55,656 nt of DNA from an uncultured Rhodocyclaceae bacterium. GTDB taxonomy: Bacteria; Pseudomonadota; Gammaproteobacteria; Burkholderiales; Rhodocyclaceae. The stretch lies in assembly GCA_937892345.1 (NCBI GenBank), contig CALAGF010000377.1:1-55656 (forward strand). The letters are read 5' to 3'. The translations under genes were made by a program, and so were the position numbers. The notes beneath the pieces are model-generated. The model saw nothing but the letters and a program-made list of their open reading frames with translations. It ran no database searches and had not been told where the DNA came from. This document shows, piece after piece, positions 9,890 to 20,198 of this stretch (position 1 is its first letter; every line of letters begins with the position of its first letter).

Positions 9890-11671
9890 TCAGAAACAGT
9901 CGTCTTCGATTGACAATACGCCCTCGGCCCCCTCCATGACGGCAAGCGTCAGACCCTCAACCTGGGTCAGGAAGTGATCCGCAAAAAAACGTGCTGTCGC
10001 GCATTTGGCTTGCCAGAATGAGTCTCCGTCACCGGCATCCACATGCTGCTTTGCGATGATCGCTGCACGCCCCATTTGCCAGCCTCCAACAACAATCCCG
10101 AAGAGATGAAGGAAAGGGACAGAGCCCGCATGGACAGCCTTTGGCTTAGATGAAAACTCTGAAACGATCCATGCAACTGCACGCTCAAGCGCCTTCAGTG
10201 CCACGTTCATACGCAACCCAATTGGCTGAAGCTCACCCTCCAGCGCTTGCAAGTCAGCACGCATTCGAGCAATCAGCCCTGTAATGGTCGCACCTTTTTC
10301 ACGTGCAATTTTTCGCCCGATCAGGTCATTGGCCTGAATAGCAGTAGTGCCTTCATAAATCGTGGTAATTCTTGCATCGCGCAGATGCTGGGCTGCTCCG
10401 GTTTCCTCGATGTACCCCATGCCGCCGTGAATCTGTACACCTAACGATGCAATATCAATCGCGCTTTCAGTGCCCCATCCCTTGACTACAGGAATCATCA
10501 AATCCACAAAAGCCTGCATTTCATTGCGAACAGCAGGGTCAGCATGTGCTGATGCCTTGTCTTGCGCCGCTGCAGTCACATAGGCAATTGCTCTCATGGC
10601 TTCGATGCGAGAGCGCATTGACATCAACATGCGACGCACATCGGGATGTTTCAGAATCGATACCTTGGGACCACCGCGCACACCAAGCTCGGTTCCCTGA
10701 ATTCTGTCCCGTGCATAAGCAAGCGCACGCTGATAGGCGCGCTCCGCATCGCCCAAGCCCTCCAGGCCCACGTTAAACCGTGCTGCGTTCATCATGATGA
10801 ACATGTATTCAAGGCCTCGGTTCTCCTCGCCAATCAGCGTACCAATAGCCCCACCCTGATCACCAAAAGCCAGTACTGCCGTCGGGCTCGCATGGATACC
10901 CAACTTGTGTTCGATGGATACACAGTAAGCATCATTGCGATCACCCGGCGATCCATCAGCGTTCAGCAGGAACTTCGGAACAAGAAATAGCGAAATGCCC
11001 TTCACGCCTTCTGGCGCATTCGGCGTTCTGGCGAGGACAAGATGGACAATATTGTCCGTCATGTCGTGTTCACCGTAGGTAATGAATATCTTTTGCCCAA
11101 AAATCCTGAAAGTTCCGTCGCCAACGGGCTCAGCTCGCGTTCTCACTGCAGCAAGATCCGAACCTGCTGATGGCTCGGTCAGATTCATCGTTCCGGTCCA
11201 TTCACCAGAAATCAACTTGGGGAGATATGCAGCCTTCTGACTTTCACTACCAGCAATCACCAAGGCTTCAATCGCCCCCTGGGTCAACATCGGACACAAG
11301 GAAAATGCGTGGTTCGATCCTTTCCACATTTCGCTGACCGCAGTTGCGAGCAGCTTTGGCAAGCCCTGACCACCATATTCAGGATCACACCCCAAACCGT
11401 TCCAGCCATTTTCCACAAAATGGGAATACGCCTCCTTGAAGCCCGGCGCCGTTGTAACTACCCGATCATTCCAGCGAGCACCTTCGCGGTCGCCAACCCT
11501 GTTCAGGGGTGACAGAACATCCGATGCAAAGCGTGCAGCCTCATCCAGCACTGCATCAACCAAATCCTCTGTCGCCTCTTCATATCCCGGCAAATTGGAG
11601 ATCTGCTCAAGTGCAGCCAATTCCTTCATGGCAAAACGGATATCTTTCAGCGGGGCAATGTATTCACTCAT
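9890..11671 (-). CDS. Acyl-CoA dehydrogenase (long ~590-aa type)
   Basis: GGQGLP, GTMNLTEPSAGSDL, GQKIFIT, IEHKLGIHASPT, QIHGGMGYIEE, IYEGTTAIQA. Confidence 0.93.
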   Translation of the reverse strand: MSEYIAPLKDIRFAMKELAALEQISNLPGYEEATEDLVDAVLDEAARFASDVLSPLNRVGDREGARWNDRVVTTAPGFKEAYSHFVENGWNGLGCDPEYGGQGLPKLLATAVSEMWKGSNHAFSLCPMLTQGAIEALVIAGSESQKAAYLPKLISGEWTGTMNLTEPSAGSDLAAVRTRAEPVGDGTFRIFGQKIFITYGEHDMTDNIVHLVLARTPNAPEGVKGISLFLVPKFLLNADGSPGDRNDAYCVSIEHKLGIHASPTAVLAFGDQGGAIGTLIGEENRGLEYMFIMMNAARFNVGLEGLGDAERAYQRALAYARDRIQGTELGVRGGPKVSILKHPDVRRMLMSMRSRIEAMRAIAYVTAAAQDKASAHADPAVRNEMQAFVDLMIPVVKGWGTESAIDIASLGVQIHGGMGYIEETGAAQHLRDARITTIYEGTTAIQANDLIGRKIAREKGATITGLIARMRADLQALEGELQPIGLRMNVALKALERAVAWIVSEFSSKPKAVHAGSVPFLHLFGIVVGGWQMGRAAIIAKQHVDAGDGDSFWQAKCATARFFADHFLTQVEGLTLAVMEGAEGVLSIEDDCF

Positions 11672-13476
11672 GATTTGGCGCCTTCTTTTTCCATTCTGCT
11701 GGACACTTCCTTGATTTCGATCAGGAACAGGATTTCCTCGACGACTGCCAGGCTAAAACCAGAACGCTGACCACCCCGATTGTCATGCAACAATTGATAC
11801 ATGTAGCTCACAACATCTGGCGAACGCCACATGTCGATGATTGCCTGGATGATGTGGGTCATTTCTTCAAGGCCTTGAGGCTTGCTTTCATGCCCGGCAC
11901 CAACTGACTCATCAAGGACCAAATCCAAGGCAGAGCTCTGATAAGGCTTTTCGTCCCATTTCTGAATTTCCACATTGAAATTGCGGTTCAAATTCTTTGT
12001 GACATTTTCGAATTCGTCTTTCATGCCAGCCATTCGATACACGTCCATCAGACGGATCCATGGCTGCAACGCTTCTTGAGGGTTATTGTCGATATAGTCC
12101 TGAAGCGCTTGAGCAGCCCCTTTCACTCGACCGAACGAAAGCATGATATCGGCAAGTTCAATAATCGGATTTGCCTCAAATTGCTCGTCGACCGTTGTCG
12201 CGGCCTGCGACATCATTGAATCTGCCGGATTGAGTGGTGCAGGCTGGCTCCCCCCGAATGATTGCCCGGAATGCGCCATTTCAACGTCAACAGGTGCCGC
12301 AGCCTTGGCAAGCGGCGCGGGCTGAATCGCAACATCCTCAAAGCCCAGACTGTCGTCCTGCTTGGGCGATACTGCCGCGGGAGGAACATCATCCGCCTCA
12401 ATATCATCGAACGCCTGAGTCTCATTCTGTTGCCGGCGGCGACGGAGGATGAGCAACACCAGCAATGCAACCAGTGCGCCACCGAGCACGCCATAGAGCG
12501 CCCACTCGGACTCAAAAATACTTTCGTCGCCTGCGCCTTCGGCAGGAGGCTGAGTGGCAAGCGGAGCCTGCGGCGCTTGCGGAGACACCGGCACTACAGA
12601 ACCCGGCGCTGGCGATTGAGTACCGGCAGGCACTGCCGTCTGCGCACGCTCAGCCAAGCCGACAGTTGTGGACTGCAGCTGAGTCAGGCCACTTTCCATA
12701 TTCCGCAGTTTCTCTGCCGCAGCCAGTTGGCTTGTAGCTTGCTCATAAAGCGCCTGCAGCATACGAAACTCCAGACGTAGCAACTCACGCCGCGCCTCGC
12801 TGCTTGCATCATCCGAAGGGGCTTGGTTCAAGCCAGAGGACAGAGAAAGACTGGGATCCCCGACATCGACCATGCTCAACTGCAAGCGATCCGCGGTCAC
12901 AATCGGTGCCGAGGCCGGTACAGGCTTCATCGGTTTGTCGAGCGCCGGCGCTGCAGCAACAGCAGGTCTCTGAGCGGGCTTCCTGGAAGATGGACGACTG
13001 GAACTACTCTTCGAGGAGGATTCAGTTGCTTCTTCAGTTCGCACCGCAACCGCCGGTTTAGGGGCGGGAGGATTGGCCACACGTTCCGGTTCTGAGGCCT
13101 TTTCGATGCGGGGAGATGCGAGCAGGGTGTATTCCCGATGAACTTCGTTGCCACACCCCAACTGGACAGCCACCGTCAACAATGGGTCACGCAAAGGCTG
13201 GGACGAATCGATCACGAGAAATGGCGTTTTGCCTTGTCGAATACTTGTTCTGGCCTGTCGCAACCAAGGCATATCACCAGCAGATCTTGGGCTGACAATC
13301 CGGAAACAACTGGCGTCGGGGAACGGTTTTTCTGCCCCAACGATCTCGATATTGAGATGAAGAGCCTCACCCAGTATTGCCTGCCCGTGCAGTTCACCGA
13401 GACCGATTGCTGAAGCCCCGCCCGAAAAAGCTAGCGACGCCAAGGCCGGCAGCAAGCGTAAAGCGATTGGTTTCAA
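11668..13476 (-). CDS. FimV/HubP-like membrane protein lacking an obvious LysM domain
   Basis: Signal peptide then LGELHGQAILGEALHLNIEI and REYTLL (FimV N-domain-like), Pro/Ala linker, coiled coil, TM helix plus RRRR, acidic region, TPR-like C-terminus. TTG start at 13476 with GGAG RBS. Confidence 0.7.
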   Translation of the reverse strand: MKPIALRLLPALASLAFSGGASAIGLGELHGQAILGEALHLNIEIVGAEKPFPDASCFRIVSPRSAGDMPWLRQARTSIRQGKTPFLVIDSSQPLRDPLLTVAVQLGCGNEVHREYTLLASPRIEKASEPERVANPPAPKPAVAVRTEEATESSSKSSSSRPSSRKPAQRPAVAAAPALDKPMKPVPASAPIVTADRLQLSMVDVGDPSLSLSSGLNQAPSDDASSEARRELLRLEFRMLQALYEQATSQLAAAEKLRNMESGLTQLQSTTVGLAERAQTAVPAGTQSPAPGSVVPVSPQAPQAPLATQPPAEGAGDESIFESEWALYGVLGGALVALLVLLILRRRRQQNETQAFDDIEADDVPPAAVSPKQDDSLGFEDVAIQPAPLAKAAAPVDVEMAHSGQSFGGSQPAPLNPADSMMSQAATTVDEQFEANPIIELADIMLSFGRVKGAAQALQDYIDNNPQEALQPWIRLMDVYRMAGMKDEFENVTKNLNRNFNVEIQKWDEKPYQSSALDLVLDESVGAGHESKPQGLEEMTHIIQAIIDMWRSPDVVSYMYQLLHDNRGGQRSGFSLAVVEEILFLIEIKEVSSRMEKEGAKS

Positions 13477-13519
13477 AACTGCAGCTCCAGATGACAATAA
13501 ACTGGTCGAATTGTAACGC

Positions 13520-14185
13520 TTATTTATCGGATAAATAACGGGAATCATCGTACGAAACGACCCATTGAGGGCGATAAACCACGAGCAAAGTAATCATCAT
13601 GCCCGACAGCCACGCCTCCGAAAAAGCCAGCAAAATGAAATAGGGGGAATACTCCGTGATCAAATATTCCCAAGGGTAAGTACCGGCAAGTCCAAAAAGA
13701 ATCGTGGACATCAGCCCGACCCCCATCACACTGACCCCGGCAACCATGAAGCCATTGACGAAAATATAGATAAAGAAATTGCAGGGCAATTTACGCAACA
13801 AAAACCCAGAAAGGTAATGACTGATCAACACGCCGCCACCACCAAGCAACAAGGCATTTAGCGGATAGGAAAACGCACCTGCAGCACCGTTGACCGTAAC
13901 ACCCAAAGTTACGAAAGAGAGCCCGATAAACGCTAACCTGGGACCAAAAACGAGGGCAAAGAGGTTTGCCCCGAGCAAATGAAAGGTCAATCCGGGGCGA
14001 ACCCCGGCTTTCATGCTCCAAACCAGCGTCAAAAACACCACCATGCCTAACCAGACATTCAGATGTTCTGAATCCTGAAGCCGCCGCCAATCCGCACGTA
14101 ATACAGACTGGGCGAATATCGGTATCCAGACAGCCCACGCCATCCAGTACCAATATTCGCCCAAAAGTTCGTCTGTCAGGTTCAC
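13520..14185 (-). CDS. CbiM-family / ECF permease-like membrane protein
   Basis: Multiple TM helices, GLTFHLLG, NFFIYIFVNGF, EAWLSGM..LVVYRPQWV.SYDD.RY. Confidence 0.8.
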   Translation of the reverse strand: MNLTDELLGEYWYWMAWAVWIPIFAQSVLRADWRRLQDSEHLNVWLGMVVFLTLVWSMKAGVRPGLTFHLLGANLFALVFGPRLAFIGLSFVTLGVTVNGAAGAFSYPLNALLLGGGGVLISHYLSGFLLRKLPCNFFIYIFVNGFMVAGVSVMGVGLMSTILFGLAGTYPWEYLITEYSPYFILLAFSEAWLSGMMITLLVVYRPQWVVSYDDSRYLSDK

Positions 14186-14191
14186 GCGGCA

Positions 14192-14197
14192 ATTTTA
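14192..14197 (-). promoter_or_regulatory. -10 element (TAAAAT) overlapping the etfA stop codon, 6 nt before the GTG of the CbiM-like gene
   Basis: Minus strand GGC-TAAAAT-TGCCGC-GTG with no SD. Confidence 0.4.
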
Positions 14198-15127
14198 GCC
14201 GAGAGCAGACTCCAGTTGCGGCACCACTTCGAAAAGATCACCGACAAGCCCGTAATCAGCGACTTGGAAAATGGGAGCATCCGGATCCTTGTTGATGGCA
14301 ACAATAACCTTCGAGTCTTTCATACCGGCCAAGTGCTGAATTGCGCCGGAAATTCCGACCGCAAGATACAACTGAGGAGCAACAATCTTTCCGGTCTGAC
14401 CAACCTGATAATCGTTAGGCACGAATCCCGCATCAACAGCGGCACGCGAGGCACCCAGGGCGGCACCCAGCTTGTCAGCAAGCGGCTCCAGCAGCTTGTG
14501 GTAATTTTCGCCACTTCCAAGCCCACGACCACCCGACACGATAATTTTTGCCGCCCCGAGTTCCGGACGTTCGGACTTGGTCAGCTCGCGCTCAAGCAAG
14601 CTCACCTGAGCGCCATCAACACCTGCAGACAAAGACTCAATCGGCGCATTGTTCCCGGAGGCCGGCGCATCAAATGCTGTCGTTCTGACGGTAATAACCT
14701 TGACTGCATCAGCACTTTGTACCGTGGCCATTGCATTACCGGCATAAATCGGACGGACAAATGTATCAGCTGACACCACCCCGGTAATTTCGGAGATTTG
14801 AGCCACGTCCAGCAGTGCGGCAACGCGGGGGAGCAGATTTTTACCGAAGGTGGTTGCCGGAGCCAACACATGGCTATAGCCCGCTGCATTAGCGACAATC
14901 AGCGTCGCCAGATTTTCGGCCGTCTGATTTTCATACAACGCTGCATCAACCAGCAACACCTTGCCAACACCCGCTACGACTGCCGCCTGCTGAGCAACGC
15001 TGGCGCAAGAGGCACCTGCAACCAAAACGTGAATATCCCCACCAATTTTGGCTGCCGCAGCAATGGCATTCAGGGCCGCGGATTTGAGATTCTGGTTGTC
15101 GTGTTCTGCAATAACGAGAATGCTCAT
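14195..15127 (-). CDS. etfA: Electron transfer flavoprotein alpha subunit
   Basis: [47 protein letters not shown]. Confidence 0.97.
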   Translation of the reverse strand: MSILVIAEHDNQNLKSAALNAIAAAAKIGGDIHVLVAGASCASVAQQAAVVAGVGKVLLVDAALYENQTAENLATLIVANAAGYSHVLAPATTFGKNLLPRVAALLDVAQISEITGVVSADTFVRPIYAGNAMATVQSADAVKVITVRTTAFDAPASGNNAPIESLSAGVDGAQVSLLERELTKSERPELGAAKIIVSGGRGLGSGENYHKLLEPLADKLGAALGASRAAVDAGFVPNDYQVGQTGKIVAPQLYLAVGISGAIQHLAGMKDSKVIVAINKDPDAPIFQVADYGLVGDLFEVVPQLESALG

Positions 15128-15877
15128 TTAGATCACCTTCGCTTCGTTCTTCAGTTTATTAACCAATTCAGCCACGTCTGCCACCTTGACGCCAGCAGAA
15201 CGCTTGGCGGGTTCGTCAACACGCAGTGTCTTCAAGCGCGGTGCGACATCAACGCCCAGGTCTGCAGGCTTGACGGTTTCAAGAGGCTTCTTCTTTGCCT
15301 TCATGATATTGGGCAAAGTTGCATAACGCGGCTCATTCAGACGCAAGTCCGTAGTGACAACCGCAGGCAACGTAACTTGCAGCGTCTCAAGGCCGCCGTC
15401 GATTTCACGGGTGACACAGGCTTTACCATCGGCAATCACAACCTTAGATGCAAAAGTAGCTTGAGCCCAACCTGCCAAGGCTGCGAGCATCTGGCCCGTC
15501 TGGTTGGCATCATCGTCAATTGCCTGCTTACCGCAAATAACCATCTGGGGCTGTTCGCGATCGCACAGTGCCTTGAGCAACTTGGCAACGGCAAGCGGCT
15601 GCAACTCAGCATCGCTTTCGACGAGAATGCCGCGATCTGCACCAATCGCCATCGCCGTACGCAATGTTTCCTGACATGCTCCAACGCCACAGGAGACAGC
15701 GATAACCTCAGTCGCAATCCCGGCTTCCTTGAGCCTGACGGCCTCTTCGATCGCTATTTCATCGAAGGGATTCATACTCATTTTTACATTGGCCAGATCA
15801 ATGCCGCTTCCGTCTGCCTTGACCCGTACTTTCACGTTGTAATCGACGACCCGTTTTACGGGAACGAGAATTTTCAC
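15128..15877 (-). CDS. etfB: Electron transfer flavoprotein beta subunit
   Basis: [41 protein letters not shown]; GTG at 15877 has correct spacing from AAGGAG. Confidence 0.97.
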   Translation of the reverse strand: MKILVPVKRVVDYNVKVRVKADGSGIDLANVKMSMNPFDEIAIEEAVRLKEAGIATEVIAVSCGVGACQETLRTAMAIGADRGILVESDAELQPLAVAKLLKALCDREQPQMVICGKQAIDDDANQTGQMLAALAGWAQATFASKVVIADGKACVTREIDGGLETLQVTLPAVVTTDLRLNEPRYATLPNIMKAKKKPLETVKPADLGVDVAPRLKTLRVDEPAKRSAGVKVADVAELVNKLKNEAKVI

Positions 15878-15923
15878 AAGCATCTCCTTTTGTCGCTCAG
15901 TTTGTTATGGATTCGGCGCCTGT

Positions 15924-15952
15924 TTGACAGACGTCTCACCTCGCATCACAAT
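15924..15952 (+). promoter_or_regulatory. Sigma70 promoter for the TetR gene
   Basis: TTGACA-17 nt-CACAAT. Confidence 0.65.
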
Positions 15953-15954
15953 CA

Positions 15955-15994
15955 CCATACTGTGTAGTATGGAGAAGCATACGGTAGCGTATGG
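15955..15994. promoter_or_regulatory. Two tandem palindromic operators CATAC-N6-GTATG
   Basis: CCATAC-TGTGTA-GTATGG (15955-15972) and CATAC-GGTAGC-GTATG (15978-15993); the second covers the TetR ATG. Confidence 0.7.
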
Positions 15995-16608
15995 AAAACA
16001 TCACTGTCAAGTCCACTGAAAAATTAACGCGTTCCCGCACATCCGAAAAGCTCCCAAGGCTCCAACTTGACCCCGAAAGCTGGGTCGATATCGCAATTGA
16101 TGTCGTGGCCAAGGAAGGCGTATCCGGGCTGAGGGTGGAGGTGCTTGCCAAGCGCTGTGGCGTGACAAAAGGTAGCTTTTATTGGCATTTCAAGGATAGG
16201 CAAGCGCTGCTTGATGCAGTCTTGGAGCGCTGGCGTGCAGGTCGAATTCGGGACATTGAAAAAACGACCAGCGGACAACCAGGACACGAAGCCTCTCAAC
16301 TGAGCTATCTGATTGAGGTTTATGCTGCCAATAAAAATCGTAAAGGGATGTCAATCGAACTCGCTATCCGGGACTGGGCGCGTCATGACGCCCAAGCAGC
16401 TGCTGTCGTCGAAGCTGTTGATCTTTACCGCCTCGAATGTACCCGACGACTCTTCGTTGCCAACGGCATGACCGATGCTGAAGCGAAAAGCCGCAGCCTG
16501 CTGCTCTATGCCTGCGTATTCGGCTTGTCGCTGATGCATTACGATCATTTTGACAATAATCTTGCCGACCTCAAACAGCGCATTTCCGACCATATTGTCA
16601 GCGGATAA
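15991..16608 (+). CDS. TetR/AcrR-family transcriptional regulator
   Basis: HTH GLRVEVLAKRCGVTKGSFYWHFKDR. Confidence 0.93.
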   Translation: MENITVKSTEKLTRSRTSEKLPRLQLDPESWVDIAIDVVAKEGVSGLRVEVLAKRCGVTKGSFYWHFKDRQALLDAVLERWRAGRIRDIEKTTSGQPGHEASQLSYLIEVYAANKNRKGMSIELAIRDWARHDAQAAAVVEAVDLYRLECTRRLFVANGMTDAEAKSRSLLLYACVFGLSLMHYDHFDNNLADLKQRISDHIVSG

Positions 16609-16621
16609 GCGGAAAGGCCGC

Positions 16622-18121
16622 TCAGGCCTGCCTCAAAGTACGGGAACGGACAACGAACTCCCGACCGATTTGCCGCCAGACAACACTCTCCTCTGCCAGC
16701 GCTGCCGCCGTCCACGGATTGGCAGACAACCAGTTGGCCGGTAATTCCAGCACAAAACCTTTTTCGCTGGACCTAACCTGCCAGGCAGGCAGGGCTCGAT
16801 CATCCCGCGTGCGATGCAATGAAGCAGCAAGGCGAAGGCAAAAAATCAGCAACCAGATGCCGTCGTCTGGAGAAACAATGCCCAGCTTTTCCAGTTTCCC
16901 GCGATGGCCAAGCACCAAACTCGCCAGACGCCCCTGATCCTTCTTTGAAAAACCCGGCATGTCGGCATGACTGAGAATGTAGGCACCATGCTTGTGGTAG
17001 GCATTGTGAGCCACTGAAATCCCTATCTCGTGCAATCTGCAAGCCCATGACAAAAATTGCATGTCGTCCTCTTTGGGGACGCCATTTGACAGCTGATTCA
17101 AGGCCGACAATGCCGTTGCCTCAACCCGTTCGACCTGATCCCCTTCCACCTGATAACGCCGCCTGAAATGTGCGACTGTCGAATCACGCATGTCGTGATG
17201 ATGGAAACGTCCCAGCAGGTCATACAAAACGCCAAGACGCAGCGCACCATCCGCATACGTCATCTTTTCAATACCCAGTTCGTCAAATACTGCAGACATG
17301 ATCGCAATCCCACCGGGCAACACCGGCAAGCGATCGCCTTTGACACCCTTGAGATCCAGATTTTCAGCAGAGCCGGCCTTGACCAGCAAATTACACAAAC
17401 GATCCAGACCAATCCTGCTGATGCCCGACTCGGCACCCGGGTTCAGAAGATTCATTTCGAGAATATCGGCAATCGCACGTGCAGACCCTGAGGATCCAAC
17501 CGCTTCTTTCCAGCCAAGACGCTGATAATCGTGGGCAATCAGCTCAATTTCCTTGGCTGCCGCCACCTGAGCTTCACGCAAACGACGCTTGTCGATTTTT
17601 CCGTCCGGAAAGAAGCGCAAGGTAAAGCTGACGCAGCCCATGTAGAGGGACTCCATCAGCTGTGGATCATGACGCTTCCCGATAATGAATTCTGTGGATC
17701 CCCCTCCGATATCGACAACAAGTCGCTTGTGGTTAGCAGTTGGCAAGGAGTGAGATGCGCCGAGATAGATCAGCCGAGCTTCTTCCCGTCCAGCAATGAT
17801 TTCAATAGGAAAACCCAGGGCCTGTTCCGCCAGCGGCAAAAACTCGCGGGCATTCTTGGCGACACGCAGGGTATTGGTTGCCACTGCCCGTACAGCACCT
17901 GCATCCAGCCCTCGTAGTCGCTCACCAAAACGACGCAAGCCATCCAGCGCCCGCTGTTGGGCCGCAGCATCAAGGCGCTTGTCCGCGCTTAAGCCGGAGG
18001 CGAGGCGCACAGGTTCCTTCAGCGAGTCCAAAGGATAAATCTGATCGTCGAGAACACGTCCGACTTGAAGGCGAAAGCTGTTCGAGCCCAGATCAACAGC
18101 AGCTACAGTTTCATAAATCAT
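16622..18121 (-). CDS. ppx: Exopolyphosphatase Ppx/GppA
   Basis: AVDLGSNSF, VATNTLR, EEARLIYLG, DIGGGSTE, ALRLG, HD region LHEIG. Confidence 0.95.
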   Translation of the reverse strand: MIYETVAAVDLGSNSFRLQVGRVLDDQIYPLDSLKEPVRLASGLSADKRLDAAAQQRALDGLRRFGERLRGLDAGAVRAVATNTLRVAKNAREFLPLAEQALGFPIEIIAGREEARLIYLGASHSLPTANHKRLVVDIGGGSTEFIIGKRHDPQLMESLYMGCVSFTLRFFPDGKIDKRRLREAQVAAAKEIELIAHDYQRLGWKEAVGSSGSARAIADILEMNLLNPGAESGISRIGLDRLCNLLVKAGSAENLDLKGVKGDRLPVLPGGIAIMSAVFDELGIEKMTYADGALRLGVLYDLLGRFHHHDMRDSTVAHFRRRYQVEGDQVERVEATALSALNQLSNGVPKEDDMQFLSWACRLHEIGISVAHNAYHKHGAYILSHADMPGFSKKDQGRLASLVLGHRGKLEKLGIVSPDDGIWLLIFCLRLAASLHRTRDDRALPAWQVRSSEKGFVLELPANWLSANPWTAAALAEESVVWRQIGREFVVRSRTLRQA

Positions 18122-18200
18122 CGCTTGGAAACATCGCTTGATAGAGGCAATCCGCTATTTTATCACTGCGTACCAAAAGCATTTCCTACGACCGCATGAC

Positions 18201-18233
18201 AAAAAAAACCCGCTGCAGAAAACCGCAACGGGT
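18201..18233 (-). terminator. Intrinsic terminator after prpE
   Basis: Minus strand ACCCGTTGCGG-TTTT-CTGCAGCGGGT followed by a T tract. Confidence 0.85.
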
Positions 18234-18255
18234 CTGGAGACAACAATTGCCAATA

Positions 18256-20148
18256 TCAGTTTGCGAGTGCCGCGCGTACCTGTTCCAGCGTTGAGGGATC
18301 TTCAATCGTGGTCAGATCACCCGGATCGCGGCCCTCTGCCAGCGCCTGCAAGGAACGACGGAGCATCTTGCCCGAGCGTGTTTTGGGCAGTCCAGTGACA
18401 AAGTGCACGCGCGCCGGACGTCCAATTGCGCCAAGAATACCGTCGACCGTAGCAAACACTTCTTTTTCGAGCGCTTTCACTAGTTCTGGAGTCGCAATTC
18501 GCGCGGCATCCTTGACGACTGCAAAAGCCAGAGGAACCTGACCCTTCAGTTTGTCTTCAACACCAACCACCGCCACTTCGGCGATCGCTGAGTGATTCTG
18601 CACAGCCTCTTCGATTTCACGCGTGCCAAGGCGGTGGCCGGCAACGTTGATCACGTCATCAGTACGGCCAAGAATGGTGAAATAACCATCCTCATCCTTG
18701 ATTGCCCAGTCATAGGACGAATAAACCAGCGGATCCTTGAACAAGGTGAAATAAGTACTGACGAAACGATCATCCTGACCCCAAACCGTGGTCAAACAAC
18801 CCGGCGGCAAGGGCGGCACTACTGCGGCAATTCCCTTCTCGTTCGCACCGCATTCGGAACCATCCTCACGGAAAATCTTCAAGTTGTAGCCGTAGACCGG
18901 GAAAGAGGGCGAACCGAATTTGATTGGCGTTTTTTCCACGCCATGCAATGCAGCAAGCATGGGCCAACCGGTTTCAGTCTGCCAGTAGTTATCGATGACG
19001 GGAATACCAAGCTCACTCTGAAACCATTCATGCGTCGGCTGATCGAGTGGCTCTCCGGCCATGAACACGTGCTTGAGCGAAGAAATGTCGTACTTGTGCA
19101 TGTACGCCGGGTCCTGCTTTTTCAACACGCGCGCTGCCGTCGGCGCCGAGAACATCACGCTGACCTTGTACTTTTCAACAATTTGCCACCAGATACCTGC
19201 ATCGGGACGCAACGGCGTACCTTCGTACATGATGGTCGCCATGCCGGCGATCAGCGGCCCATAAATGATGTAGGAGTGACCAACCACCCAGCCAATGTCA
19301 GAAGTCGAGAAATATGTTTCGCCAGCTTCGCCGCAATAGATGTGCTTCATGGATGAAGCCAATGCAACCGCATAGCCCCCAGTATCGCGCTGCACCCCCT
19401 TCGGCTTGCCGGTGGTACCGGAGGTGTAAAGGATGTAAGACGGGTCCGACGACTCCAGCCATTCGCATTCGACGCGGGCATCCATGTTCTGTTCGCGCAG
19501 CATGGCGTAATCGACATCACGGCCTTCAACTATGTTGAAGCCATTAACCAGACCGCGGTCAATCATCAGCACCTTGGCCGGCTTGTGTTCTGACAACTCA
19601 ATCGCCTCATCCAGCAAATGCTTGTAAGGAACAGCCTTGCCACCCCGCATGCCCGCATCGGCGGAAACAATCAATGTCGGCTTTGCATCATCAATACGCG
19701 TCGCAAGCGAGCCCGAGGCGAAGCCACCAAAGACCACGGAGTGAATTGCCCCAATACGCGTCGCTGCGAACATCGCAAACGCAGCCTGCGGGATCATGGG
19801 CATATAAATCAGAACCCGATCACCCTTCTTTACACCGAGACTTTTGTAAATCGCGGCCATCCGTTCTATCTCAGCCTGCAATTCGGCAAAGGAATACACC
19901 TTCTCCTCATCGGTTTCGGTTGAAATGTAAACCAGTGCCCGATCATTCGGCCGCTTGGCCGCATGACGGTCCACCGCGTTATGACAAAGATTTGTCTTGC
20001 CACCGACGAACCATTTGGCAAAAGGCGGACGGGAATAGTCACAGACTTGAGTAAACGGTTCCTTCCAGTCGATGAGCTGGGCCTGTTCGGTCCAGAACGC
20101 ATCCGGTTGCTCTACGGAATACTGATGAAACTCCTTGTACGTCGCCAT
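18256..20148 (-). CDS. prpE: Propionate--CoA ligase
   Basis: TNLCHNAVDRH, YTSGTTGKPKGVQRDTGGY, DNYWQTETGWP, LPKTRSGKMLRR; start MATYKEF. Confidence 0.9.
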   Translation of the reverse strand: MATYKEFHQYSVEQPDAFWTEQAQLIDWKEPFTQVCDYSRPPFAKWFVGGKTNLCHNAVDRHAAKRPNDRALVYISTETDEEKVYSFAELQAEIERMAAIYKSLGVKKGDRVLIYMPMIPQAAFAMFAATRIGAIHSVVFGGFASGSLATRIDDAKPTLIVSADAGMRGGKAVPYKHLLDEAIELSEHKPAKVLMIDRGLVNGFNIVEGRDVDYAMLREQNMDARVECEWLESSDPSYILYTSGTTGKPKGVQRDTGGYAVALASSMKHIYCGEAGETYFSTSDIGWVVGHSYIIYGPLIAGMATIMYEGTPLRPDAGIWWQIVEKYKVSVMFSAPTAARVLKKQDPAYMHKYDISSLKHVFMAGEPLDQPTHEWFQSELGIPVIDNYWQTETGWPMLAALHGVEKTPIKFGSPSFPVYGYNLKIFREDGSECGANEKGIAAVVPPLPPGCLTTVWGQDDRFVSTYFTLFKDPLVYSSYDWAIKDEDGYFTILGRTDDVINVAGHRLGTREIEEAVQNHSAIAEVAVVGVEDKLKGQVPLAFAVVKDAARIATPELVKALEKEVFATVDGILGAIGRPARVHFVTGLPKTRSGKMLRRSLQALAEGRDPGDLTTIEDPSTLEQVRAALAN

Positions 20149-20198
20149 AAGACACCCTCTAGCTAGTTGTTTCCTGCACTTCACAATGTAAGAACGGA

